Source: Podarcis tiliguerta (Eukaryota). From it: a stretch of 64,000 bases of DNA. Location: NCBI GenBank assembly GCA_965153285.1, contig OZ229114.1. One strand, given 5' to 3'. The notes under the pieces were generated by a model that saw only the letters and a program-made list of their open reading frames with translations, ran no database searches and was not told the DNA's origin. The position numbers and the translations under genes are program-made. Below, in pieces: positions 48,869 to 61,899 of the stretch; the stretch's first letter is position 1, and each line of letters starts with the position of its first letter.

Positions 48869-51800
48869 GTAAGTATCGTTTTTTATTCACCCACTCCTGG
48901 CTGTACATGCTGGTTGCTGCAAATCAGGTCTGCCCTTCTGCAGAAATATATGTTTTTTCTATGCTCTCCCTATACAATTCAGAAGCAAACGCTTCTCCCG
49001 ATGGGAACCATTCTCTGAATATACATAAAAGTACTAATCAGAAAGCCTAGGATAAACCTCTTCTATGAGTACAGTAGACATTTATGAGTGGCCAAAAGAG
49101 AGAGAGGGGAAATGCATCACCAACAGAGAGGGCAAAAGGTGAAATAGATCCACACGAAATTTGCATGTGCTGATTCATATTCATTAGATGCAAACTTAGA
49201 AAGAATTCATATAACAGAAATACAACGGAGCTCATCACAGTGGAGAAGACTGCAACCAGAGTGCTTGCACAATCCAGGTGATAACAGTGGCTGGGCAACT
49301 TCAAGGCCCCTTCTCTTCCTTGTTTGTCACCTTGACTCGACACCTTGTTCGCCTTCAAATAGAGGACACCCTCTGATAGATACATGCCTTATCTCCTTAA
49401 TGCTTAAGGCTCCTCAAAAAAACCCAAAAAAACCCCTATTCATTGATTTAACATTCATTCTTATTTTCTTGTAATTCTTAGATTGTACTTTTATTATTTG
49501 TTGCGAGGAGGTTGTAAGCCTATGAGCATTCATCTTGCATTTTTCCTGAGTTTGTTTGCATGTTGTCTTATTAATCATTCATCATTCCTACACTTTTCAA
49601 GGCGCTTCCCAGTCAGTTTCCAAACAAGAAGTCAGGTTGTGTGGGTTTTTTTTAAAAAATGGATCTGCTATGCTAGGACAATAATGCTTTAACTGAGTGA
49701 ACCTAAATTTACAGTATGATGTGGACCCCAGGCCCCACCCCACAAAATGCTGACAGTCTGGAGGCACCCTTAGTCATTCAAAAATGTGTCCAGTGGATGC
49801 ACATGGAAGAATTAGTTGAGTGGAGCCCTCTGTGCTCCCAACTCCATGAGCCATGAACCATATCTAATAGTTTACAAAGAATACCTAGATAATTCCCATT
49901 TTGCTCCTATTTTGGTTCGAGTCGAGGCAACAAACCATGCTATAATCCCTGGCTTAGCATTATGTCCAAACTATAGGTTGTGGTTTGTTTCACTGCAAAC
50001 AAAATACACAATGGCTGTACTCTTTGGAGGCATTATGCTTCTGAATTCCAGTTCCTGGAACTGCAAGGTGAGAAAGTGTTACTGCACTCAGAACATGCTT
50101 AGAGGCTTTCCATAGGCATCTGCTGACCCCGTAAGAACAGGATGCTGAGCTAGATGAGTCATTTGCTTGAACCAGCAGTCTCTTCTACTGTCTTTATGTG
50201 AATTCAAGGTTTGTTCTCGGTTTACTAATTGGAACTTGGAATAAAAACAGCATTATGTCTGAACCGGAGACAGTGGCTTATTTTACTCCAAACTACATTT
50301 CTTTGTCTTGGCATTTTATTTTAGGTTAAAAACAAAGAGGAATGTCAGAGAATTCCTGTTCTATACCAATTATGAGTATCATTTTTTTCAAATTAAAAAA
50401 TCAATAGGAATATTAGTGTAAAATAATATAAACACTAAGACATTCTGAAACCACTTAATGTATTTTTGCCATAATTTAAGGAGTCTAATACAAGGTTTCA
50501 GCTTCCTTATCCAAGTAACATGGTTCACTGGCAGCACAATGTACACATGCCTGCTCAGAAGTCAGTCACACCAAGTTCTATAGGAGTTACTCCCCCAGAC
50601 GTATCTATAGATTGAGCAGGCCTTTAAAATTGTTTGTGACTTAAAATCTGAGCTTTTAAGTCTGATGTGTGACTGGTTTTACCTCTTTGTCTTCAGGTTA
50701 ACAAGTTTTATGCTACCATTTGTTTACAAATTATTGTATTTAAATGTTTTATTATTTTATTTCTTGTGAATCACCCAGAGGACATATGTTGTGGGGCCTA
50801 GTAAACAAATCTTGCTCTCCTCCAGTCCATTCAGTAGAAACTAAGTCCAATAATATAAAGCCAAGGAGGGGAATTCAAGACTAAACCTTCATTTGGAAAT
50901 AAATACATCAATGTGTGCACCAGATCTGTCATTCCAGTAAGAGATATGTGTGTCCTTATTTAGCATCAACCACAAGGTGGCCCCAGCAATACACATAAAA
51001 GCTGGCCAGCAATAACACAGTACTCTTGGAAATATACCGTATTTTTCTGTGTATAAGACTAAGTTTTTTTCCTTAAAAATAATGTCAAAAAATTGGGGGT
51101 GTCTTATACATGGGGGCGTCTTATAGATGGAAAAATATGATACTTTCCACTAAGACTTACACAAGAAGAAGTGAAAGTCAGGGAGGAAAGGTCTAGCTTA
51201 ACATCACCTCGTGTGGTTTACATCACCACATGATCTTCATCCATTTCAGTTCTGACTCTTTAAGGATTTGGACCAGTTTTAGCCCAGTTCCTAAGACACA
51301 TCAGGAACTAATGGCAAAGTCTGCACCTCATCCTGGATGGAGTTTCTACTTAAAGTCTACACTTCCACAATTGAATGTGGGGAAGTCATCACCTTATTAT
51401 AAAGGAACTTAACATTAGCACATCTTGTATTATTTAGATGCACGTGAGAAGGTTCACAGTCTCCCATGGCTCAAAATAGTGTGTTATTTGGAGTGGGGGA
51501 CCTATCTGCAAGCAGGGACTTAGCCTGCTTTGATACAGTGGAAAGCTGGCGTGCACGTTGCCAGTGAATCTTCCTGTAAGAATAGATTCCACCTTGATGC
51601 TTGGGTTCCTGAGACCAGTTTTGGAAACGTGAAAGCAAGTAATGTGAAAAAGCTAGTAGGTACCTGCCATGTTTATGCATAACAGATATGAAGTTTCTCT
51701 GTTATGTTTACTTAAGCATGCAGGTTGTCTGTGTTCTCTACCTCATAACGGGGGTTTTTTATGCTTAAAAGGTTGTCCACATTTATTAAGTTCCACTGAA

Positions 51801-51872
51801 GAAAATAACATTTGCTGAAATAATGTGACTTATCTGCTCGTTTTGCTTTGGTAGGAAGAAAATAAAGCTCAA

Positions 51873-52874
51873 ATGAAACCAGAGTACAGTCCTCCTGGAA
51901 ACTTCAGCAACTGCAGCACCACCAATAGGATGAATCAAGTTCTTTTTCCCTTGTTGTACACTTTTATCTTCCTTGTGGGCATCATTATGAACGGACTGGC
52001 CATGGGAGTCTTTTTCCAAATATCCAGCAAGTCAAATTTTATCATCTTTCTCAAGAACACAGTCATTTCTGACATCCTCATGATCCTAACATTTCCATTC
52101 AAAATTCTCAGTGATGCAAACCTGGTGTCCTGGGAATTAAGAGGGTTTGTTTGCAAGGTGACGCAGGTAATATTTTACTTTACCATGTACATCAGCATTA
52201 TTTTCTTGGGCCTTATAACCATTGATCGCTATTTGAAAACTGCCAGGCCCTTCAAGTCATCAAGCACCAGGAATTTATCAGGAGCTAAGATTCTCTCTGC
52301 AGTTATCTGGATATTTATGTTCTCTCTGTCGCTTCCAAACATGATTCTGACAGACAAGAAGCCAACACGCGAGAACGTGAAGAAATGCGCTGACCTGAAG
52401 TCTGACTTTGGGCTACTGTGGCATGAAATTGTTAACTATGTCTGCCAGTTTATCTTCTGGGTTAATTTAGTCATCATTGTCGTATGCTACACACTGATAA
52501 CGAAAGAACTCTACAAATCCTATCAAAGGACAAGACGAACTGGGCAAGCAAACAAAAAGACTGTAAATATCAAAGTTTTCATCATAATTGGTGTGTTTTT
52601 CATTTGCTTTGTGCCATTCCATTTTGCCAGAATTCCTTATACTTTAAGCCAAACAAGAGATGTTTTTCGGTGCTCCACCCAGAACACACTGTATTACATA
52701 AAAGAGAGCACCTTATGGCTGACTTCCCTGAATGCGTGCCTAGATCCATTCATATATTTTGCCCTCTGTAAATCCTTCAGAAAGTCTCTCCTAAATGTAC
52801 TGTGGAAATGTGCAACCAAAACAAGACGAGATCAAAGTACAGAAACTACTGACGATGAAACGACACCAATGTAG
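51873..52874 (+). CDS. P2RY12: P2Y purinoceptor 12 (Gi-coupled ADP receptor), 333 aa, nested antisense in the MED12L intron
   Basis: Intact 7TM ORF with P2Y12 signatures: [71 protein letters not shown]-terminal TPM. Splice acceptor tttggtag at 51854. Confidence 0.97.
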   Translation: MKPEYSPPGNFSNCSTTNRMNQVLFPLLYTFIFLVGIIMNGLAMGVFFQISSKSNFIIFLKNTVISDILMILTFPFKILSDANLVSWELRGFVCKVTQVIFYFTMYISIIFLGLITIDRYLKTARPFKSSSTRNLSGAKILSAVIWIFMFSLSLPNMILTDKKPTRENVKKCADLKSDFGLLWHEIVNYVCQFIFWVNLVIIVVCYTLITKELYKSYQRTRRTGQANKKTVNIKVFIIIGVFFICFVPFHFARIPYTLSQTRDVFRCSTQNTLYYIKESTLWLTSLNACLDPFIYFALCKSFRKSLLNVLWKCATKTRRDQSTETTDDETTPM

Positions 52875-53124
52875 ACCAACAAGAATTCCATATAATACAG
52901 CCAAGGCTGTTTAGCACGCTCTTCAATACACACATCAGCTTTAGAAGTGAATCTTTGTTTGTGCTTCTACTGAAATCATGAATCACGTGTAGTCTGTGAT
53001 CCTAACAACAAGCTGCTGAATGAGAACATCTCCTGCCTTTTCCTGTTTAATACAGCTAAGGGACACTGGAAAAACAACAACTGGATGAGTTGGTAGAAGT
53101 GTTTCTAATACTAAAAGTGCACAA

Positions 53125-53130
53125 AATAAA
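53125..53130 (+). terminator. Candidate P2RY12 polyadenylation signal
   Basis: AATAAA about 250 nt after the stop codon. Confidence 0.4.
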
Positions 53131-53600
53131 TCAATATTCATAAAAACACAGTTGCATGCTCTCCGAAGTCTGGTAATGTCATTTGCACATTCAATGGGCT
53201 GCTTCAGATCCAGTGCCCAAGGTTTTATGGGGATTCAGCAGCCTGCAATGGCGAAGTGGGAAGGACAATTGTTGATTGCACCCTAAGTCACTAAAATTAT
53301 ATAAATAAGTAAAATTAAAGGGCCTTTTAGCTTAACACACATTTGGGCTTTTTAATGATAATATTCTGCTTCGTGGTTTTGAAGCCTTGCTTTGTGTAAC
53401 CAACCCAAGTAGGTATCACAATCTCTTGGGTGCTTACTTCGAGACCATGTTGGCAGTTCCTTACCATGCACTGAATCCAACTAAGTTCCACTTAGAGTAG
53501 ATCCACTGAAATTAATGGATCTAAGTTAGCCGTGCCCATTAATTTCAATGGGTCTACTCTTGAGTAGCATTGGATACAACCCTATATATCTTTCTGCCTC

Positions 53601-53636
53601 GTTTGTTTGTTTGTTTGTTTGTTTGTTTGTTTGTTT
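53601..53636. repeat. (GTTT)n microsatellite
   Basis: Direct reading. Confidence 0.9.
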
Positions 53637-55049
53637 AAAAAAACCTAAGCATTGTACTTTGGTTCTAGGATGTAGCTGTCACAATTATTTAACAATGGTG
53701 AATGTACAGAGGTTGTTTCCTTTTTCTGAATCACATCAGAGCCATCATTCTCTTGTTGCACACTTGCACATTAACAAACAGCTTGTTGTAAACCAACTAG
53801 GACTTGCAAATGTGTCAAAAGTTCACTTTAAAATGAGTAATGCTTGAGCTTTATCAGACAGAGGCATTTAGGGAATAAAAGTTATTCTGTCAGCTTGTTT
53901 CTGTTATAAAGAAGTTCACTGCTTCTTGCAAGACTCTCACAAAAGTAAATGCAAGGTCTGTGGAGGAATGAAGACCTGCCTACCCATGGAACTTATTGAC
54001 AAATGTATTTTCTTTAGGCTAAATTAGTAACTAAGGTTGTGTAGTGGCCCTACCCACTTATTTCACTTTTGGTCCCACCTACTGCTGGCATGCCCAGAAA
54101 GTTAACCAAGAAGGAATGCATCCCTTCAGATGAAAAAATGTTCCACTGTGATCTTAGCCTAGCTGCTAAGCATGCCTAGAAAGAATTGTCATTTCTCAAC
54201 CACAAGGCAGTTTTAGGCTGATGTTAGGGCACTAACTATAACCTCACCATATTAAAATAACAAAGCTGCACTGAAGATCCCGAAAATAGGAAGCAACACT
54301 TTTTTTGTAGGAAATGACACAATTTCAAAATGTCCTGGTTAATATTATTACCTAATAACATACTACTGTGAAAAAACTTCTCCAACAGTGCTGATGATTT
54401 TCACACAGAACTTTCCTTTATTTTCACAGTGCAAAATTAAATATCCAGTTGTTGTTGTTTAATTAAATTTGTATACCACCCTTCATCCAAAGATCACAGA
54501 GCAGTTCACAACATAAAAATTTAACATGAATATAATATATGGCTGAGAAACGAAAACACTTAACTGAAATCAAAATGAGAAATACAAAAGTGTGTGTGTT
54601 TGCACTAGAGAAACCCGGCAAGAATTCTCCAAAAGTGTATAGAAAGATCCAGTGAATAGCAACAATTATTAAAATTTGTAATCTACCCACAAAGTAAGAG
54701 GCTAAAGATCATGAGACTACCTTTTAAAAATATATATATTCTGACTCTATACTGCATTGGATGGCTTAAATAAAAAAAAAAGTCTCAATTTTTCTTCCGG
54801 TGAAAGGTTTTGCAATGACAGTGTCCTTAAGTTCACAAAGAGGGAGGGAGGGAGGGAGTATAGTAGATAGATGACAGGCAGGCAGGCAGGCAGATATACA
54901 TATATTCTAATTTTCTGTAATGCTTTTGCAAACAAAACAAAATGAAATATAAGCAGAGCCAGCAGAAACTATTAACCATAAACACAGATGACCAGCTTCA
55001 GTCTAGTGGTGTAGACCCCTTCCACCCATTGAACATGTGATTAGAAGTA

Positions 55050-55276
55050 CAGTGGTACCTCGTGATTACATACGCTTCAGGTTACAGACTCCGCTAACCC
55101 AGAAATATTACCTCGGGTTAAGAACTTTGCTTCAGGATGAGAACAGAAATCGTGCAGTGGCGACGCGGTAGCAGCAGGAGGCCCCATTAGCTAAAGTGGT
55201 GCTTCAGGTTAAGAACAGTTTCAGGTTAAGAACAGACCCCCAGAATGAATTAGGTTCTTAACCTGAGGTACCACTG
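55050..55276. mobile_element. MITE family B copy
   Basis: TIRs and TA flanks. Confidence 0.85.
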
Positions 55277-58204
55277 TACTACCAGTGTGGTTCCCCATGA
55301 GCAGCCACAAGCAGAAAACCCCCAAATGCACACTGATCCTGCTGCCGTGTGAAAGCATCTGACCCAATGCAGCCCAAATGCACCAGGCTGGTGCAGAGAT
55401 CTTCTTGCCTGCCTCCTGCTGCTGCCCTGGCTGTCATACATGGCAGGGCTGCAGATGCAACAATGGCCTCACCGTGTTAGGATTGCTCCCTTAGCTTCTG
55501 GCAGCACAGCAGCAACAGGAGCATGGTAGGAGTCCCATGCGCCAGAACACTGCCCCATACACCTTTAAACGACAGCTAAGCTTAGCTATTAAAAAGACAA
55601 AAGTGCCTCATAGTATCACACCATGTTTGTTAGAATTTTAGGTATCAACTGTCTCCTATAATTACAATTTGAAGATGTTTCATATGATTAAACTTAAATA
55701 ACGCATTATCCCACACATGATAACCTCGACTAAAATTTTATTCTCACTTCTACTTCTTTTTTTCCGTGCCAACCATTTCTCACACCAGAAGTTTGCAGAT
55801 TGGCCAATGGAAGCGATAGTTTCCCTGATGTGCAATTCGCTCCCCTCTGTGCTTCCTCAAGAGGGGACCACAAACAGGATTTCATGTGACCAAAGGAACA
55901 GAAATAGGCCACTGCCTATTCTTGTAAATATGCAGCTGTAAGGGAAATTTGTTCTAGGAGACTTTGTGTCTCCGTGCTAAAGTTAACTCAGTTAACCGTG
56001 CACAAATGACTGCTACGTCACAGGCAGCTTTAGGAGAAGAAGTATGTGTGCCATAAAGTTAAAAAGAGCACAGAGAAAATCTGGAAACATCGACTGCTAT
56101 ATGAAATAGGCAAGGTCACACAAGGGCACTCCACCTGCTACACAAGTCGCACATTCAGAGGCAGTATGTCAGTGAACCTTCAAAGGGGCTCCGTCTCAGT
56201 GCCCGTCAGCTGATTGGCGCTGGCAGAGAACTCTGCCAACGGCAGTGCAGCCAATCCCAGCCATGTCAGGGATGATGTCAGGTGTAGGGCAGGTGGCCAC
56301 AGCTTGGGTGAAAGGCCTAACTGGGAACCCCTGCCAGGACTATTTAAGGCCAAGGGATGGAGGTTCTCCACCACGGCTGTGTGCCACTCAATATCTAAGG
56401 AACAACAGCAGGGAAGGGCTTTCATGCCTTGTTTGTTTGCCACCATGTGAAGCAAAATGTTGAACTGCATGGGCCTTTAGCCTGGTACAACCAGGCTGGT
56501 ATGTTCCTAATTATATTCCAAAGCATTTATTGCTTTGGTGACTAAAGAGCTTCATAATGAGCTACTGAAAGAAGGAAGGAGTGATTGATCCACAGCAAAG
56601 TCTTTGCAATTCCAGCAAAATACTACCACTTACTTTTACAGTGGACTTCAATTGATCCAGACCTGAGACCCACCTATGGCTCCCAACTCGTAACATAGAG
56701 CCCACTTTCACATGTGCACTTTTGATTTTAAAATGGTGCTAATAATGCACAATATTAAACCCAAAATGGCAATTCACAGAGTAAGAGACATAGTGTTTCC
56801 TTAGCATTACTGCTAAATAAAAACCAGTGTAGCAGGCAAGTGGTCTGAAATGGGAGAAAGGAGTATGTGATTCAGGGAGGATGGAAATGAAAGCAGGACC
56901 ACTCAAGCAATTAAGAACTTGGCAACTGTACAGAGAGATCTGTAACTGGATTACCCTCTATGTCCAACAAAGAACTTTCCTCCCAACCAGCCCAGGTTGT
57001 AAGGAGTGGAGTGAGGATGGTGTGGCATCCTTGTTCCTGCTAGATCTCACTTCCTGTAGCCAGACATCAGTTCCTGGGCCCCCAGCGATTGCCATGATGG
57101 CAACCGCTGGGCAGCCAAGCTGCACCCACCGCAACAGACACTTCTGCATTCTATCTACCACAGTGGACACGTCTGTGTTCTAGTGTCCAGCATAGTTAAT
57201 ATTCTGGGGAAAGTCTAGAAAGCCACAGAACAGAATAGAAACGGAACTTAGTGTTCCTGTTCCATAGAGAGTTCCCTTGCTACAAGCATTATTGAAAAAG
57301 GCTCTTGACTTTCTCCTGGCATTTTGCAGCACTCCATGGAAAAGGGTAAAACAAGTGTCTCATTGGAAAAATGTGTTCTAGTCCAGACAACACAGGTAGT
57401 GCTCCTTTGGTTTGGTCAGCCTTACCTGGAGCCAAATATGGCAGCAAAAGCTTTGCCGCAACCCACCTGGGATGGTCTCATGACCCACCTGTGAATCCTG
57501 ACCTGAAGACCTGTGCTCCATTGCTTAGGAAGCAAGGTTGGTTGGGAGAACACTTCCCACACACTCATTGACTTATCAGCCTAAGATCAGATGTTTGGGC
57601 CTGTTCCATGAGCTGACTGCCTTGAAGGCAATCATGGTTTGGAGAGCAAGCAAAGACTATAGTTAAATGTAAAAACCAAACTATAGTTTGTTGTGAAGCA
57701 GAAAAGGGCGGGAAGGGCAGTAAGCCAGTGGTAGAGGCATGCAAAGGTTAGCAAATTCAAATCACAAAACCACCTTAAGATAAGGCTGGGAAAGACCCTT
57801 ATATGAAACCCAGGAGAACCTCTGCAAGTCAGTGTGGAAAATGGACCACACAGGCTATATAAAGGACTGCAACTCCCATCATTCCCAACCGTTGGTCTTG
57901 CTGGGTGAAGTTGATGGGATTTGAGCCAAACAACCTCTGGAGAACACTACATTGACTATTCCCCTTCTAGGTGGTCCATATGCATGCACACTAAACATTG
58001 TATAACATTAGACTCAGCTTGATAAGACTGCTGATGTACAGTGGCACTTAGCCTGCAAAAATATATTAATTAAAAGACATAGGCATTAACAATGTTTCAA
58101 CAAACAAAAACACACTGAATAAGATGAGACCAGCCAACTGATGTTTGAAAACCTTCATTGAGGCTTGTGGCTGGGTGGAGGGGGGGGGGGGAACCTGAGT
58201 GGTA

Positions 58205-58330
58205 AAAAAAAATGAGGAAGAAGAAATGTAAGTATAAGACGATGCAAGACTGCTTGTGAAACCAAATTTCTCTAACGTTACTACACTTGCATAGCCCTGG
58301 ATTAGCCGCCTCGTCTTCCTACAAGAAGAG
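58205..58330 (+). promoter_or_regulatory. Candidate P2RY13 promoter and non-coding first exon
   Basis: PU-box-like AAATGAGGAAG (58210-58220), TATAAG (~58233), donor GAG/GTAAGC at 58330. Confidence 0.5.
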
Positions 58331-59772
58331 GTAAGCTATTTTAGTCATCTGCTTGTCTTAAAGATCTTTATTAACAAGCTACTTTTAGAAATGTTAATTC
58401 ACAGAATTATTATTTTTTAAAGAAAAAGAAAAAAAATTAAAGTCTGCCAGTATAGTCAGTATATTAATTACACTGGTAAGGATGACATATAATCTCCTTT
58501 GTTGTCTAGAGTAACAAGGCTGTAGTTAGTTAGCACAATGAAATGGAATGCTTTACTACCGAACACAAGAAGGTATCTAGAGAAGCAGCACTGTTTAGAT
58601 TTAGCACTGACTTGCTAAATCAGATAAACTATTGCATTCTTATCCTGCCCTCCCTCCAAGGAGTCAAGGTTGGTTTTTCATGACGGATGGAGACACATTT
58701 TCAGCCCATGGACACATTCCCTCTTGATTGACAACCTAACAGCAGCTGTATGCCAGAGATGGGTGTGACCACACACAGAGAGAGCACACACATTCTCCTA
58801 TACACAGATGCATGCATACAAATACTCTCCCACTCCTCCAGTGATTAGGCTTGAAAAAAAGAGTGTTTTCGCTTTTCTAATTGCTGGAGCAGGGTTGGAG
58901 AAGATCTTCCTGGAAACTGTAGTCAGCAAGAGAGGATTAGCCAAAAGAAGACCCTTTCCCCCACAAGTCTGAATGTGTTGGGGGACATTTTCAGCAAGGT
59001 GGGTGGCAACTGTGAGCCCCTCTGAAAACACTCTTGCCCCACTTCAATCATGTTTAGAATGAGCTTTCTATTCTACTCAGTTCTGTTGGAGCCTATTTAC
59101 AGCATGGCCTCGGGTGGGGGTGGGGGTTGTCCCAGCTGGGGGTACAATACAGAGTCTTCTGAGTTATTTTCTGAATTCAGTGGCCATGATCCAGAGGCAG
59201 AAACAAGTAGCTCCAAACATGAGGTGGAGCCTTGGGGTTTTCTGGAATGCAGTTACTTTTAAAAGTCATTAATAATGTAGGACAGACCCTCGCTACCTAC
59301 GTCGGACCTGCTAATCCTGTGGTTAAGTGACGCAAACTCTGTATGGTTTGAGGGACTCGGGTGCACCTAGCACCCGAAAATATACTTGTTCATAAATTCC
59401 TTATAAACTGTTTACAAATGTCCTTATTGCCTGAGGAACTATGCATGCAACTGGGGTGGGGGCCAATAAGTGTTAGCATTCATATAGGATCCTTAGGATT
59501 TTAAGAGGAAAGACACTTTAGTGTGGAGCGGCAGCAGTGAAATGGGGGAATTTTACCACTTTCCTAACCTGGCTGCCACTTTCCCACCACAACTTCCTCC
59601 ATACACACACTAAGGTGTTTTATCTTTGCAAACATGTGTCTTGAACAATGCAGGGGAAGTGATAGCAGAACGGAGTTAAGCCACCACTCCTCTTCTCCAA
59701 AACCTAGAAGCATTCTGTGCCGCTGTTCTAACCTTCTGTTAAATAATTCTTCCTCAGTCTCTCTTTCAAGCC

Positions 59773-60783
59773 ATGAATGGAAGTCTCAGCATCTCCAATG
59801 GGACATCATCCTTGGCTGGACAATGCCACCGAGACACCAGGATAGCGCATGTGGTATTCCCAGTCCTGTACGGCATTCTTTTCCTTGCTGGATTTCTGCT
59901 GAACAGTTTGGCTCTGTTGGCTTTCTTCCAGATTCGGACCACATCGAGTTTCCACGTGTACCTTAAGAATATATTGCTTTCTGATTTCGTAATGACACTG
60001 ATGCTGCCGCTGAAGATTCTGACGGATTCAGAACTTGGGCTGTGGCAACTTAAAGCTTTCGTCTGCCGTTTCTCAGCTGTAATATTCTACGAGACAATGT
60101 ACATAAGCATAGTGCTCCTTGGACTGATTTCGCTAGACAGGTTCCTCAAGATCGTTCGGCCATTTGGGAAGTTTTGGTTGCATAATGTCACTTCAGCAAA
60201 AATTCTTTCTGGCGCTGTGTGGTTCTTCTTTTTCGCCCTCTCCTTGCCAAACATGATCTTGTCAAACCGCGAAGCCACACGTCTCTCTGTAAGGAAGTGT
60301 GCTTCCCTGAAGAATCAGTTGGGACTGAAGTGGCATGAAGCTGTCAACTACATATGCCAGCTCATCTTCTGGACTGTGCTAATCTTAATGCTCCTGTTTT
60401 ATATAATTATTGCTAAAAAAATCTATAGCTCTTATGTAAAAACCCAGACAAAAGAGTGCAAGATCAAACAAAGGGCAAAGAGCAAGGTATTTATAATTGT
60501 AGCTGTTTTCTTCATCTGCTTTGGCCCTTTTCATTTCGCCCGAGTACCTTACACTCTTAGCCAGATTGGCAAGAATATTGACTGCAGTATGCAGAACCAA
60601 CTATACATTGTTAAAGAAAGCACCCTCTGGTTAGCAACTGCAAACATATGTATGGACCCACTGATATACATATTCTTGTGCCGACAATTTGTTGAAAAGG
60701 CTTTTTGTGTTAAATTACGAAAATCTAGGTATACAACTCAAGAAAATCAAACTATTGCACTGGACACTGGAATATCTACATAG
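59773..60783 (+). CDS. P2RY13: P2Y purinoceptor 13, 336 aa, nested antisense in the MED12L intron
   Basis: Intact 7TM ORF: CHRDTRI, LKAFVCRFSAVIFYETMY, DRF, KCASLK..LGLKWH, FHFARVPYT, NICMDPLIYIFLC. Acceptor ctttcaag at 59770 immediately before ccATG. Confidence 0.96.
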   Translation: MNGSLSISNGTSSLAGQCHRDTRIAHVVFPVLYGILFLAGFLLNSLALLAFFQIRTTSSFHVYLKNILLSDFVMTLMLPLKILTDSELGLWQLKAFVCRFSAVIFYETMYISIVLLGLISLDRFLKIVRPFGKFWLHNVTSAKILSGAVWFFFFALSLPNMILSNREATRLSVRKCASLKNQLGLKWHEAVNYICQLIFWTVLILMLLFYIIIAKKIYSSYVKTQTKECKIKQRAKSKVFIIVAVFFICFGPFHFARVPYTLSQIGKNIDCSMQNQLYIVKESTLWLATANICMDPLIYIFLCRQFVEKAFCVKLRKSRYTTQENQTIALDTGIST

Positions 60784-60974
60784 ACATCTTGGTTGGTGGC
60801 AACTTCTTATTCTAACATTTGCACTACATTGCTGTCAAATTAAAATGCATTTTAGTTTCAAGTGGGTTGTTGTTTGATGTGATTCCATTCTGAATGATTG
60901 AAATTTTAGCCAGCAAAGGAGTGACTTAATTAGAGTGAATGGACACTAACAGCCATTCATTTTAATTGAATGTA

Positions 60975-61208
60975 CAGTGGTACCTCAGGTTACAGACGCT
61001 TCAGGTTACAGATGCTTCAGGTTACAGACTCTGTGAATCCAGAAATAGTATGTCAGGTTAAGAACTTTGCTTCAGGATGAGAACAGAAATCATGCGGTGG
61101 AAGCGCGGCAGCAGCGGGAGGCCCCATTAGCTAAAGTGGTACCTCAGGTTAAGAACATTTTCAGGTTAAGAATGGACCTCCAGAACGAATTACGTTCTTA
61201 ACCCATTG
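60975..61208. mobile_element. MITE family B copy just downstream of P2RY13
   Basis: Left TIR intact, right TIR degenerate. Confidence 0.82.
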
Positions 61209-61431
61209 TACTCTTCTGTGAAGAGGGCACAGCTATTCCTAATACCCAGACACTGAAACTAAATGAGACAGACAGACAGATATGCTAATGGTCACCATCA
61301 CATACTTATGTGATAATGAGCTCTACAGATTGCATCCTATGGAAAGTAGTCTGTTACTGTCAGGGACTGGTAGGGCTCTGAGAAGTGTATAGAAGAGATA
61401 GTGAGGCCAGAGGCTGATCTACATGGCATGC

Positions 61432-61899
61432 ATGCTGTAGAGACCAAATGTGGGTCCAATGGTCAAGAAGGTGGTTTCTGCACATGCTGTAGAGGGAAGC
61501 GAGGGGCAGATGAATCTCATCTACTTGGGAAGTTAGTCCATCTATGAAAAGGAAAACGCTGATCCTAAGCATTTACTGCCTTGCGGGATATCTTCAGGAG
61601 AAGAAAAGGCTAAGGAGGAAATCCTTAGGAGTCCCTAAGACAGTCAGATGGCGTCTTGTACGCCTCCTTCCAGCAACTCCGGCAGCCAAGCTGATGCCAA
61701 ACATATGACTCTGCTTTCCTTTGGACCACATCTGTGAGGCTGAGAGGGGGGTCTTGTCATCTGGGCAGGCCGGGACCTTCATACGTGCTGCCCAGTCCTG
61801 CACCTCAGGGAGGTCACTTAGCGCTGCTAACACAGCGGTTTAACTTCACCCCCCGGAGGCTCACTCCACTGTGTCTCGAGACAGACAGATGCCAACAAC
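61432..61899 (+). mobile_element. Non-autonomous retroelement (RTE-5'UTR-like)
   Basis: Shares CAGCCAAGCTG.TGCCAAACATAT...GAGACAGACAGATGCCAACAAC with the 14250 copy; family assignment inferred. Confidence 0.55.
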
